This document shows positions 6,142-13,549 of a stretch of 38,220 nt of DNA, piece after piece. Position 1 is the first letter of the stretch; each line of letters opens with the position of its first letter. The DNA is from a virus. The stretch covers positions 1 through 38,220 of IMG/VR virus record IMGVR_UViG_3300044210_000036, one strand, 5' to 3'. The notes under the pieces were generated by a model that was given only the letters and a program-made list of their open reading frames with translations, was not told the origin of the DNA and did no database searches. A program made the translations under genes and the position numbers.

Positions 6142-6261
6142 CTACTTGGGGTGTAGGAGTCGGCGGAGGGCCGGCAGGAAGCTGCGCACCTCATCGTCCC
6201 CCGGCACAGCGAGGGCGTAGAGCATCAGCACCAGCAGGCGTCGAACGGCAGCACGATCCAT
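6142..6261 (-). CDS. Possible 39-aa ORF between the repressor gene and PL
   Basis: ATG 6261 is preceded by GGGGGAG. Sequence MDRAAVRRLLVLMLYALAVPGDDEVRSFLPALRRLLHPK, mostly GC3 codons. Too short to be sure. Confidence 0.35.
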   Translation of the reverse strand: MDRAAVRRLLVLMLYALAVPGDDEVRSFLPALRRLLHPK

Positions 6262-6305
6262 GGCTCCCCCGAGCAGGCTAAGAGCCTAACACTCGGCTCG
6301 GACAT

Positions 6306-6602
6306 TTAGTCCGGGGTCTGGTCCTTCACCAGCTCGAGTTCCAGGGAGTCCGAGTAGCTGAGGAAGGGCCAACCATAGAGCGGCCGCCCCTTCTTCTTGG
6401 CGAAAAAGTCGGCGATGCGGGCGAGCTCGTCGAGCGTGAACCTGCGGCCCTTGGTCTTCTTGCTCCAGGTCGGCTGGGCGATGCCCACCTCGGCATACAG
6501 CTCCTTCGGGTCCACGCCAGTGTCCACCAACATGGCGAGGATGTTCTTGCGCACGGACTCGTCAGTAGGCCGCTGGGCGCGCGGATCCCTCCCCTTCGTC
6601 AT
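6306..6602 (-). CDS. Putative phage repressor-like HTH protein (98 aa)
   Basis: Sequence MTKGRDPRAQRPTDESVRKNILAMLVDTGVDPKELYAEVGIAQPTWSKKTKGRRFTLDELARIADFF. This HTH pattern is reminiscent of the CI-repressor HTH family. It is divergent from the Cro-like gene and no SD precedes the ATG. The upstream part of the track ORF is junk. Confidence 0.65.
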   Translation of the reverse strand: MTKGRDPRAQRPTDESVRKNILAMLVDTGVDPKELYAEVGIAQPTWSKKTKGRRFTLDELARIADFFAKKKGRPLYGWPFLSYSDSLELELVKDQTPD

Positions 6603-6636
6603 GCCGTAAGCCTGCGACGTTCCACCACATTCGTCC

Positions 6637-6699
6637 ATGCCAGAAGAATTCCGGCCTGGCATATTGCGTCGGGCCACTGGAAATGCCAAAGTGGAATGC
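6637..6699 (+). promoter_or_regulatory. Divergent promoter/operator region (PR-like cassette 6646-6699 plus an extra half-site 6637-6651)
   Basis: Sequence GAATTCCGGCCTGGCATATTGCGTCGGGCCACTGGAAATGCCAAAGTGGAATGC is a paralogue of the 6079-6132 cassette (about 39/54 identical by hand alignment). It ends immediately before ATG 6700. ATGCCAGAAGAATTC lies in the opposite orientation and shares the GAATTC. Confidence 0.6.
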
Positions 6700-6924
6700 A
6701 TGGCAAGAACCTCATCGGACATCGGGAAGCGCATCGAGGCTCGGCGTGAGCGCCGGGGGATGACGCAGGCCCAGCTGGCGGAAGCCGCCAACCTCCACCA
6801 GTCGCAGGTCTCCCGCTTCGAGCGCGGGGAGCGATCCCCTTCCATCGAGCAGGCCTCGGCCATCGCGAACGCCCTTGGGTGCACCGTGGCGTCCCTGCTG
6901 CCGGCCTCCACTCGCGCCGCCTGA
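6700..6924 (+). CDS. Cro-like XRE-family HTH regulator (74 aa)
   Basis: Sequence MARTSSDIGKRIEARRERRGMTQAQLAEAANLHQSQVSRFERGERSPSIEQASAIANALG is a canonical HTH_3 pattern. The internal ATG is chosen because the upstream part of the track ORF covers the operator. Confidence 0.85.
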   Translation: MARTSSDIGKRIEARRERRGMTQAQLAEAANLHQSQVSRFERGERSPSIEQASAIANALGCTVASLLPASTRAA

Positions 6925-7032
6925 CCACCCCATGAGCCCTCGGCATTTCATGGCTGGAAGCGTGCCCGAGAACACCTCGTCCAGCGCAGTCAAGAACCAC
7001 TGCTCACGCCGTTGACACCCTTGGAGGGGACC

Positions 7033-7428
7033 ATGGGACGACCGCTGCAGAGCCTGGGAGACGCGCAGTTGCCGCTGTCGCCCACCATCCAGGACGTGCA
7101 CCGAGCCCGAGCGGTGCAGCTGCGGGCGCTGGTGGCCCGGGCCATCACCTCGGGGTGCCTGTCGCTCTCGGCGCTGGCGGAGGAGACGGGCATCGACCCG
7201 AGCCAGGTGACGAGGATGCTCTCTGGCGACGCCGGGCTGCGGCTGGACTTCCTGGCGGCCGTCCTTGAGCGGGACCGGTCTGGCGTCTTCGTCGTGGGCC
7301 TGGCCGACTTGCTCGGCTTCGACGCCACCCGGAAGACGCCCGACTTGGCTGCCGAGAACAAGCACCTGCGCGCCGAGCTCGAGGCCATCCGGGAGCACGT
7401 GGTCCGGCTGCTGGAGGGCACGCCATGA
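7033..7428 (+). CDS. Putative DNA-binding regulator (131 aa) with an HTH-like segment and C-terminal coiled coil
   Basis: GGAGG lies 5 nt upstream of ATG 7033. Sequence LSLSALAEETGIDPSQVTRMLSGDAG, then AENKHLRAELEAIREHVVRLLE. Confidence 0.7.
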   Translation: MGRPLQSLGDAQLPLSPTIQDVHRARAVQLRALVARAITSGCLSLSALAEETGIDPSQVTRMLSGDAGLRLDFLAAVLERDRSGVFVVGLADLLGFDATRKTPDLAAENKHLRAELEAIREHVVRLLEGTP

Positions 7429-7634
7429 CGCCCACCGAGCTCCGCGCCGCGGCGAGGCAGTCGGCCAACCTAGCGAGGGTCACCCGGTACTACTCGCTGG
7501 CGCTCTTCATCACGGACCGGACGGGGCTGGCCGCCGCGGCCGCCCGAGTCGCCTCCGAGCTCGCCGACGCCTACTGCGTCTGCGCCATCCAGTTGGACCG
7601 GGCGGCCTGTCAGCAGGCCAGGGAGGCGGCATGA
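7425..7634 (+). CDS. Hypothetical protein (69 aa)
   Basis: ATGA overlaps at both ends. Good GC3. Confidence 0.65.
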   Translation: MTPTELRAAARQSANLARVTRYYSLALFITDRTGLAAAAARVASELADAYCVCAIQLDRAACQQAREAA

Positions 7635-8053
7635 AGACCACCGACGCGCTCCGGCTGCTCCTTGCCTTCGTGCTGCTCTGGGCGGCCGAGGTGATCTGGG
7701 ACCTCTCGGACTGGCTCGCCGGGATGTCACGGCGCATCGAGCGGCCGCGGGGGCTGGCCCGGATCGGGGTACTGGCGGTCATCTCGGGCATCGGCCTGGT
7801 CGCCGGCGCCGCGCCGGCCTTCCGCGGGACGGTTGAGCGCCCCGGTATCGAGGCGGCCCCTGCTCCTCGGCCGACCCCGCCTGGGGAGAGCACGGCTGCC
7901 ATCGCCGAGGGGGTCGCCCGCGGCTGCGCGGCGGCCGGCCGGGACGTGGTGGCTGGGGTCATGGATGGCGTGTGGGTGCTCCGCTGCCGGCAGCCAGTCG
8001 AGAACCTTGGGGTGATGCCGTCCCCGCCGTCGAAGCGGAAGGGAGGCGGGTAA
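7631..8053 (+). CDS. Membrane protein (140 aa, 2 predicted TM segments)
   Basis: Sequence MKTTDALRLLLAFVLLWAAEVIW and GVLAVISGIGLVAGAAPAF. ATGA overlap. Confidence 0.7.
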   Translation: MKTTDALRLLLAFVLLWAAEVIWDLSDWLAGMSRRIERPRGLARIGVLAVISGIGLVAGAAPAFRGTVERPGIEAAPAPRPTPPGESTAAIAEGVARGCAAAGRDVVAGVMDGVWVLRCRQPVENLGVMPSPPSKRKGGG

Positions 8054-8412
8054 TGACGCAACTCGGCATCTTCGACGCGCCGCTGCAGCGCCTCCGGGAG
8101 CAGCCGGTGGGCCGCCCGCGCCCGGCCGGCGCCAGCGAGGCGGCCTTCCAGGCCTTCCACGCGCAGAACCCACACGTCTACCGGGCGCTGGTGGAGCTGG
8201 CCCGGGCGGCGAAGGAGCGGGGCGCCGCTGAGGTGGGCATCGGGATGCTCTGGGAGGTGCTGCGCTGGCGGCTCTTCTTCGAGACCAGCGACGGCAACTT
8301 CAAGCTGAACAACAACCACCGGAGCCGCTACGCGCGCCTGATCATGGCGCAGGAGCAGGATCTGGTCGGTCTCTTCGAGACGCGCGAGCTCGCGTCGGAG
8401 AAGGCGGCCTGA
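8053..8412 (+). CDS. Hypothetical protein (119 aa)
   Basis: TAATG overlap. Sequence FQAFHAQNPHVYRALVELARAAKERGAAEVGIGMLWEVLRWRLFFETSDGNFKLNNNHRSRYARLIMAQEQDL. Confidence 0.75.
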   Translation: MTQLGIFDAPLQRLREQPVGRPRPAGASEAAFQAFHAQNPHVYRALVELARAAKERGAAEVGIGMLWEVLRWRLFFETSDGNFKLNNNHRSRYARLIMAQEQDLVGLFETRELASEKAA

Positions 8413-9581
8413 TGGCTGTCTCGGTCCTGCACGGCGACAGCCTGGCGCTGCTGGCCACCATGGACGCTGGCTCGGTGGACGCTTGCGTGACGGACCCGCC
8501 CTACGAGCTGGGCTTCATGGGCAAGAAGTGGGACTCGACGGGCATCGCCTACTCGGTCGAGCTCTGGCGCGAGGTGCTGCGGGTCCTGAAGCCGGGCGCC
8601 CACCTGGTGGCCTTCGGCGGGGCCCGGACCTACCACCGCATGGCGTGTGCCATCGAGGACGCGGGCTTCGACATCCGGGACTCGCTGATGTGGCTTTACG
8701 GCACGGGCTTTCCGAAGAGCCTGAACCTGCCCGGCGGCGTCGGGACCGCGCTCAAGCCGGCGCACGAGCCGGTGGTGCTGGCCCGGAAGCCGCTCGGCGG
8801 GACGGTGCTGGCCACCTACCTCCAGCACGGGACTGGCGTCCTGCACATCGACGCAGCACGCATCCCCGGCATCCCCGGCATCCCCGGCAACCTGGCGGAC
8901 GGCGACGTGGCGACCCACTCGCACTCGATGTCGGGCCCGAAGCGGACGATGGGGGCCACCTACTCGGCAGCGGTGCGGGCCGGCGAGATCACCGGCCGCT
9001 GGCCGGCGAACGTCCTGCTGGACGAGGCCGCGGCGGCCCAGCTCGACCACCAGACCGGCGAGCTCGAGTCGGGCTTCATGTCGGCCGGCACGCTGCGCGA
9101 GGGCGGCCAGGCCGTGGCCCTGGGCCACTTCTCGGGCATCGCCTCGGTGGACGGCACCTACGGCGACGCCGGCGGGGCCTCCCGGTTCTTCTACACGGCG
9201 AAGCCGAGCCGGTCGGAGCGCGACGCCGGCCTTGACGACCTGGAGCCCAGGACGGCCGGCCAGGCCACCGGGCGGGAGGATGGCAGCGCCGGCCTGCGGT
9301 CGCCCCGCGCCGGCGCCGGGCGGACCTCCGAGGGCGTCAGGAACCACCACCCGACGGTGAAGCCGGTGGCGGTCATGGAGTGGCTGGTGGACCTGGTGGC
9401 GCCGCCGGGGGGCCTGGTGCTGGACCCGTTCTGCGGCTCCGGGACGACGGGGGTGGCGGCGGTGCGCCGGGCCAGGGGCTTCGTGGGGATGGAGCGGGAG
9501 GCCGAGTACGTGGAGATCGCCACGCGCCGCATCGCGCACTGGTCGAAGGGCCAGCTGGACCTGTTGGGGAGGATCGCCTGA
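8412..9581 (+). CDS. DNA methyltransferase, beta-class amino-MTase (motif IV DPPY N-terminal, motif I FCGSGTTG C-terminal), probably N6-adenine
   Basis: Motifs VTDPPYELGFMGKKWD ... HPTVKPVAVMEWLV ... VLDPFCGSGTTGVAA. No adjacent restriction endonuclease candidate. Confidence 0.9.
   Translation: MAVSVLHGDSLALLATMDAGSVDACVTDPPYELGFMGKKWDSTGIAYSVELWREVLRVLKPGAHLVAFGGARTYHRMACAIEDAGFDIRDSLMWLYGTGFPKSLNLPGGVGTALKPAHEPVVLARKPLGGTVLATYLQHGTGVLHIDAARIPGIPGIPGNLADGDVATHSHSMSGPKRTMGATYSAAVRAGEITGRWPANVLLDEAAAAQLDHQTGELESGFMSAGTLREGGQAVALGHFSGIASVDGTYGDAGGASRFFYTAKPSRSERDAGLDDLEPRTAGQATGREDGSAGLRSPRAGAGRTSEGVRNHHPTVKPVAVMEWLVDLVAPPGGLVLDPFCGSGTTGVAAVRRARGFVGMEREAEYVEIATRRIAHWSKGQLDLLGRIA
8862..8888 (+). 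repeat. Perfect 9-bp x3 tandem repeat (atccccggc) encoding IPGIPGIPG inside the methyltransferase
   Basis: Read directly at 8862-8870, 8871-8879 and 8880-8888. Confidence 0.95.
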
Positions 9582-10999
9582 TGGCGCGCTACCGCAAGGT
9601 CGACGTGAGGACCTACGCCGACGAGAAGTTTCGGGGGCTCTCGCGCCCGCAGCCGAACGCTCAGACGCTCTGGTTCTACCTGATGACGGGGGAGCACACC
9701 GGGGTCATCCCGGGGATCAGCCGGGCTGGCGAGTCGGCCCTGGCGGAGCAGCTGGGCTGGCCGCTGGCCGCCTTCAGGGGCTGCTGGCGCGAGGTGGAGG
9801 CGGCCGGGATGGCGCGGGCCGACTGGGACTCCCGGGTGGTCTGGCTGCCCAGGGCCATCGCCTACAACGAGCCCGAGAACCCGAACGTGGTGAAGAGCTG
9901 GCGGTCCACCTGGGACGAGCTCCCCGAGTGCCCGCTGAAGGCCGAGGCCTGGGAACGGCTCGACGCCTACATGGTCGACCGAGACGAGACCCGCAAGGAG
10001 GACGCCGAGGCGGACGACAAGCCGGCCCCGGCCCCCGTCTTCACCCAGACGTTCCGCAAGGCCTGCCCGAAGCCCTCCGGGAACGGTTCGGCGAAGGGTT
10101 CCGCCAGGCGTATCGGGAAGGGTTCCGGGAAGGGTTCCGCCAACCGTTTGGGCAACGGTATGGCGAATCAAGAGCAAGAACAGGAACAAGAGCAAGAACA
10201 GGAACCAAAGGATGCTGCTGCTACGCGCGCGAGCGCGCGAAAGGATGAGACCCAGATGGGCTCAGTGATGGTCGAGGCTGCCACCCCCCCTCCGGCGGCC
10301 GATGCCGCTCCCGAGCCCGAAGTCATGCCCCGGCCAGCGCCAGCAGTCGATGATCGGGCCGCCGGCGAGGTGCCCGATGTGGCCTCGCCGGCGGCGGAGG
10401 CAGCGCCCGCCCGCCCGCCGCTGCGCGCCGTAGCCCTGGTCGTCGTCGACGACGTGCCCCGGAGGCCGGTTGATGTCCTCGACACGGTCGAGCTCGACGA
10501 GGGTGGCGCCGAGTTGCGCGCCAAGCTGCAGCGGCTGACCGAGTGGAGCTACCTCGTGGCAGCGCACGACCGGAAGCTCGAGGTCCGGGCCAGCCTGGAG
10601 CGGCTCGTCGAGGCGCTCGGGGTCGATCGCTCGCTCGAGCTCTGCCTGGCGGTCGTGAAGCGCCGTCGGTCGCAGGGGCTGCAGCCGCCGAAGACGATGG
10701 CGTTCTTCGTACCGATGCTGACCGAGGCGGCCCAGGGCGGCGACCCGATGCCGGCGGAGGTCGAGGGCATCGAGCTCAACCAGGTGATGGCGGCCCACAA
10801 CGACGCGGTGGCCCGGCGCTGGGCTCCAGTGCTGGCCAGGATGAACCCTGCGCAGCGGGAGGCCTACGAGTTCGAGAAGTCGCGGCTGGCCTCGGAAGTG
10901 CTCTCCCAGGGGCTCTGGAGCTCCGAGGAGACTCGGCAGCTGCACCAGGCGGAGGAGTTCCTGTACGCGAAGTGGAGCCGGAAGGCAGCGGAGGCGTGA
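9581..10999 (+). CDS. Putative replication initiator / replisome-organizer-like protein (472 aa)
   Basis: The N-terminus MARYRKVDVRTYADEKFRGLSRPQPNAQTLWFYLMTGEHTGVIPG resembles phage replisome-organizer N-terminal domains (recall only). A central low-complexity linker contains DNA repeats, followed by a separate C-terminal domain. TGATG overlap with the MTase gene. Confidence 0.5.
   Translation: MARYRKVDVRTYADEKFRGLSRPQPNAQTLWFYLMTGEHTGVIPGISRAGESALAEQLGWPLAAFRGCWREVEAAGMARADWDSRVVWLPRAIAYNEPENPNVVKSWRSTWDELPECPLKAEAWERLDAYMVDRDETRKEDAEADDKPAPAPVFTQTFRKACPKPSGNGSAKGSARRIGKGSGKGSANRLGNGMANQEQEQEQEQEQEPKDAAATRASARKDETQMGSVMVEAATPPPAADAAPEPEVMPRPAPAVDDRAAGEVPDVASPAAEAAPARPPLRAVALVVVDDVPRRPVDVLDTVELDEGGAELRAKLQRLTEWSYLVAAHDRKLEVRASLERLVEALGVDRSLELCLAVVKRRRSQGLQPPKTMAFFVPMLTEAAQGGDPMPAEVEGIELNQVMAAHNDAVARRWAPVLARMNPAQREAYEFEKSRLASEVLSQGLWSSEETRQLHQAEEFLYAKWSRKAAEA
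10078..10240. repeat. Iteron-like repeats plus the lowest-GC block of the genome (candidate ori) inside the initiator gene
   Basis: gaagggttccg occurs at 10093-10103, 10117-10127 and 10129-10139, with degenerate copies at 10081-10090 and 10141-10163. An 18-bp unit caagagcaagaacaggaa occurs twice (10169-10204). A cgcgcgcgagcgcgcg palindrome lies at about 10224-10239. Confidence 0.5.
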
Positions 11000-11163
11000 T
11001 GGAGACCCTGGAGCATGTGGCGAAGCTGGTTGGGCTCACCCTGGCGCTGGCGGCGCTGGTCTCGCTGGTGGGCGGCTGGGTCCTGACGTTCCTGGAGCCC
11101 TACGACAAGACCGTGCTGCCGAAGGACGACCGGACGATCGACCTGACGGGGAGGCGCTGGTGA
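10999..11163 (+). CDS. Small membrane protein (54 aa)
   Basis: TGATG overlap. Sequence METLEHVAKLVGLTLALAALVSLVGGWVLTFL. Confidence 0.6.
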   Translation: METLEHVAKLVGLTLALAALVSLVGGWVLTFLEPYDKTVLPKDDRTIDLTGRRW

Positions 11164-11360
11164 CGACGCCCCTGCGCGCGAGGCCGTGCCCCATCTGCGA
11201 GGCGGAGTCCACCCCCGGGGTAGACCGCGGAGTGGTCGGCATCTACCGGGAGTCCGTCTTCGCCGACCACTGCCTCGAGCATCACCCCGGGTTCGACTGG
11301 CGCTCGGCCTGGGAGATGCCGATGCCGGCCCGGCGGCCGCGCCTGGAGCCCGTGCGATGA
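11160..11360 (+). CDS. Small zinc-finger-like protein (66 aa)
   Basis: GTGA overlap. Motif CPICE...HCLEHH. Confidence 0.65.
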   Translation: MTTPLRARPCPICEAESTPGVDRGVVGIYRESVFADHCLEHHPGFDWRSAWEMPMPARRPRLEPVR

Positions 11361-11539
11361 GCCCCCTGTCCGACGAGGAGGTCCGCCGGCGCATGGCGGC
11401 CGTCGCCGCCCGGATCACGGCGCGCTCGCACCGGCTGCCGGTGCCGGACGAGATCGACATCACCCCGATGCCGATGCCGCCCGCTGACGTCATGCCCCCT
11501 CCGCCCCACGCCGAGCCAGAGGAGGACCGGAAGCCATGA
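11357..11539 (+). CDS. Hypothetical protein (60 aa)
   Basis: ATGA overlaps at both ends. Sequence MSPLSDEEVRRRMAAVAARITARSHRL. Confidence 0.55.
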   Translation: MSPLSDEEVRRRMAAVAARITARSHRLPVPDEIDITPMPMPPADVMPPPPHAEPEEDRKP

Positions 11540-11928
11540 GTCACGTCGCCTACGTGGTCCCCGGGAAGCCGGTGGGCCAGAACCGGAGCGGGGCCAACAG
11601 CCGACCCTACGGTAAGACGCCGGCGCAGAAGGCCTTCGCCCACCGACTTGCCACCCACGGCCTCAAGGCGCGACGGGCGGCCCGATGGGAGACGACCTCG
11701 GCGCAGGTCGAGGTGACCATCCGGGTGGTGTTCCAGAACGAGCGCCCGGACAGCGACGGCCCGGTCAAGGCGGTGCTCGACAGCCTGGAGGTCTCCCGGC
11801 CGCGGCTGAGCCGGCCCGGGGCGGGCTTCCTGGTGAACGACCGGCAGGTGCGCAGGTACGTCGTCGAGCGCCTGGTCGACAAGCGGGCGCCGCGGGTGGA
11901 GGTCGAGGTGCGGGAGCTCGCGCCATGA
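11536..11928 (+). CDS. rusA: RusA-family Holliday junction resolvase
   Basis: Sequence VVPGKPVGQNR ... ERPDSDGPVKAVLDSLE ... FLVNDRQVRRYVVERL follows the RusA acidic-motif pattern. Confidence 0.65.
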   Translation: MSHVAYVVPGKPVGQNRSGANSRPYGKTPAQKAFAHRLATHGLKARRAARWETTSAQVEVTIRVVFQNERPDSDGPVKAVLDSLEVSRPRLSRPGAGFLVNDRQVRRYVVERLVDKRAPRVEVEVRELAP

Positions 11929-12410
11929 GCCTGGCGAACGACCTGAACACCGGCGGGGTGTGCGACGCCATGGCGGCCAGATTCGCCAGCGCCGATGCAG
12001 CGAGGCTGGCCGAGCTGGACCAGCTCATCAAGGCAGGGAAGGGCGACAAGGAGCCGCCGCGCGCGCCGCGGTCGGCCAGGGAGGTCGAGATGCCGAGGAA
12101 GACGACGAAGCCGGAGGAGCCGCCCAAGGGGCCCTGCAAGGAGTGCGGGAGCCCGACCTGCCACAAGCGGACGTGCTCGAGGCGCCCGGGCGGGCCGGCT
12201 CGTCCGGCGCCGAAGCTGCGGGAGGTGGGCAGGCCGCGCAAGCCGGAGCCCACCCCGGACCGGGCGCTGCAGCTAGCCACAGCCAAGGAGGCGACCATCG
12301 AGCAGTTGGTGAGCACCATCCGGGTCTGCCAGGACGAGCTCGAGCGTCGCCAGGAGCAGCTCCGAGCCGAGCTCGACGCCGTGGCCAAGGCGATCGGGGA
12401 CGCGGCGTGA
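11925..12410 (+). CDS. Hypothetical protein (161 aa) with a basic/Pro-rich centre, a CxxC..C..C motif and C-terminal coiled coil
   Basis: ATGA overlap. Sequence GPCKECGSPTCHKRTCSRR. Confidence 0.65.
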   Translation: MSLANDLNTGGVCDAMAARFASADAARLAELDQLIKAGKGDKEPPRAPRSAREVEMPRKTTKPEEPPKGPCKECGSPTCHKRTCSRRPGGPARPAPKLREVGRPRKPEPTPDRALQLATAKEATIEQLVSTIRVCQDELERRQEQLRAELDAVAKAIGDAA

Positions 12411-12769
12411 GCGCCCTCGAGGACGCTCCGGCGGCCGCCTTCGTGGAGGCCACGGTCCGGGCCGCCACCCCCGAGCCGGCGCCGCGGCCTGGCCGGAAGG
12501 TGGTCCTCGACGACCTGGTGGCCGTCCTGCGGGAGCGGTCCGACTTCGGCCTGCGCAAGTACGGCACCCGGCTGGAGACCTGGAACGGGAGGGATGCCCA
12601 CCTCGACGCGCTCCAGGAGCTCGCCGACCTGTTCGTCTACCAGCACCAGGCAGCCATGGAGCGGGCCGACCTGGAGGCAGAGGTGGTGAAGCTGAGGTCC
12701 AGGGTGGCCGAGCTCGAGGGTGAGCAGGCGCGCCGGCACGGGGATGCCGGGACAAGGACGGGCGGGTAG
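12407..12769 (+). CDS. Hypothetical protein (120 aa)
   Basis: GTGA overlap. Sequence VVLDDLVAVLRERSDFGLRKYGTRLETWNGRDAHLDALQELADLFVYQHQ. Confidence 0.7.
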   Translation: MSALEDAPAAAFVEATVRAATPEPAPRPGRKVVLDDLVAVLRERSDFGLRKYGTRLETWNGRDAHLDALQELADLFVYQHQAAMERADLEAEVVKLRSRVAELEGEQARRHGDAGTRTGG

Positions 12770-12778
12770 GGGGCGAGC

Positions 12779-13138
12779 ATGGGCATCTGCCAGGGGCCAG
12801 AGTGCGATCGGGAGGCGGAGCGCACCTACTGCGAGGCGCACCGGAAGCAGCTGCAACGTCGAGGCACCATGACCCCGATCCAGGCGCCGATGTCGCCCGA
12901 GGAGGCCGCGCTGCTGGCAGGGAATGACTGGCTCGAGGCAGAGGATGAGGACGAGTACCGCAAGGCCAGGTCTCGCTACCTGGTGGCCATGGAGCGGTGG
13001 ATGAGGGCACGTGGGTGGAGGCCCCCACCACCACCCAAGCCCATCCCCTGCTGCTGCCATCTGGTTCAGCTCGACCTGCCGCTCAGGGCGAGGCGCGTGC
13101 GGACCATGCTGAGGCTCGAGTACAGGAGGGGGGCCTAG
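12779..13138 (+). CDS. Zinc-motif protein (119 aa), CxxxxC...YCxxHxxQxxRxG type
   Basis: Sequence MGICQGPECDREAERTYCEAHRKQLQRRG carries the same motif class as 4732..4929. Confidence 0.7.
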   Translation: MGICQGPECDREAERTYCEAHRKQLQRRGTMTPIQAPMSPEEAALLAGNDWLEAEDEDEYRKARSRYLVAMERWMRARGWRPPPPPKPIPCCCHLVQLDLPLRARRVRTMLRLEYRRGA

Positions 13139-13549
13139 ATGCCTGCGCGCTCAAGGAGGATGTGCTCGCAGGCAGGGTGCAGGGTGGTGGTCTCAGAGGG
13201 CAAGTGCGCCAAGCACCAGGCCAGGGCCGATGTAGCCAGGGCTGCACGCATGGCAGCCATCGACGCAGCCAGGCCCAGCAGTGGGGAGCGTGGATACGAC
13301 GCTGACTGGAGGGCAGTACGTAGGCAGTTCCTATCTGCTCACCCTGCCTGTGTGGGGTACGGGCGCAGGGCAGGGCAGTGCTCAGCCAAGGCCACCGAGG
13401 TCGACCACATCGTGAGCGTGGCACAGGCACCAGAGCTCAGGCTCAGGTGGAGCAACCTGAGGCCGTTCTGCAAGCCCTGCCACTCAGCCAGGACAGCGGC
13501 TGAGCAGGGCATGAACGCCACCCGTTCAGGCAGGGTCAGCAGCACATGA
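13139..13549 (+). CDS. HNH endonuclease (packaging-associated type, upstream of terminase)
   Basis: Motifs CxxxGC...C..H, EVDHIVSVAQAPELRLRWSNLRPFCKPCHSARTA. GGAGG SD. Confidence 0.85.
   Translation: MPARSRRMCSQAGCRVVVSEGKCAKHQARADVARAARMAAIDAARPSSGERGYDADWRAVRRQFLSAHPACVGYGRRAGQCSAKATEVDHIVSVAQAPELRLRWSNLRPFCKPCHSARTAAEQGMNATRSGRVSST

Noticed and set aside
6951-6965. A sigma54-like -24/-12 element TGGCTGGAAGCGTGC upstream of gene 7033..7428.
   Set aside because: The GG-N10-GC spacing fits, but this is a single degenerate match in GC-rich DNA with no enhancer-binding protein in the window. It cannot be distinguished from chance by eye.
7012-7017. A perfect TTGACA hexamer.
   Set aside because: It lies only 16 nt from ATG 7033, overlapping the SD region, with no -10-like hexamer at a suitable spacing.
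9380-9580. The N-terminal 67-aa extension of the initiator-like ORF, and similar upstream extensions of track ORFs 7265, 7972, 10543, 11186, 11685, 11960, 20175, 20225, 23293, 23846, 30044, 31386 and 32001.
   Set aside because: The extensions are Gly/Arg/Pro junk overlapping the preceding gene. Internal ATG/GTG starts that overlap the upstream stop (ATGA/GTGA/TGATG) or follow an SD give coherent proteins.
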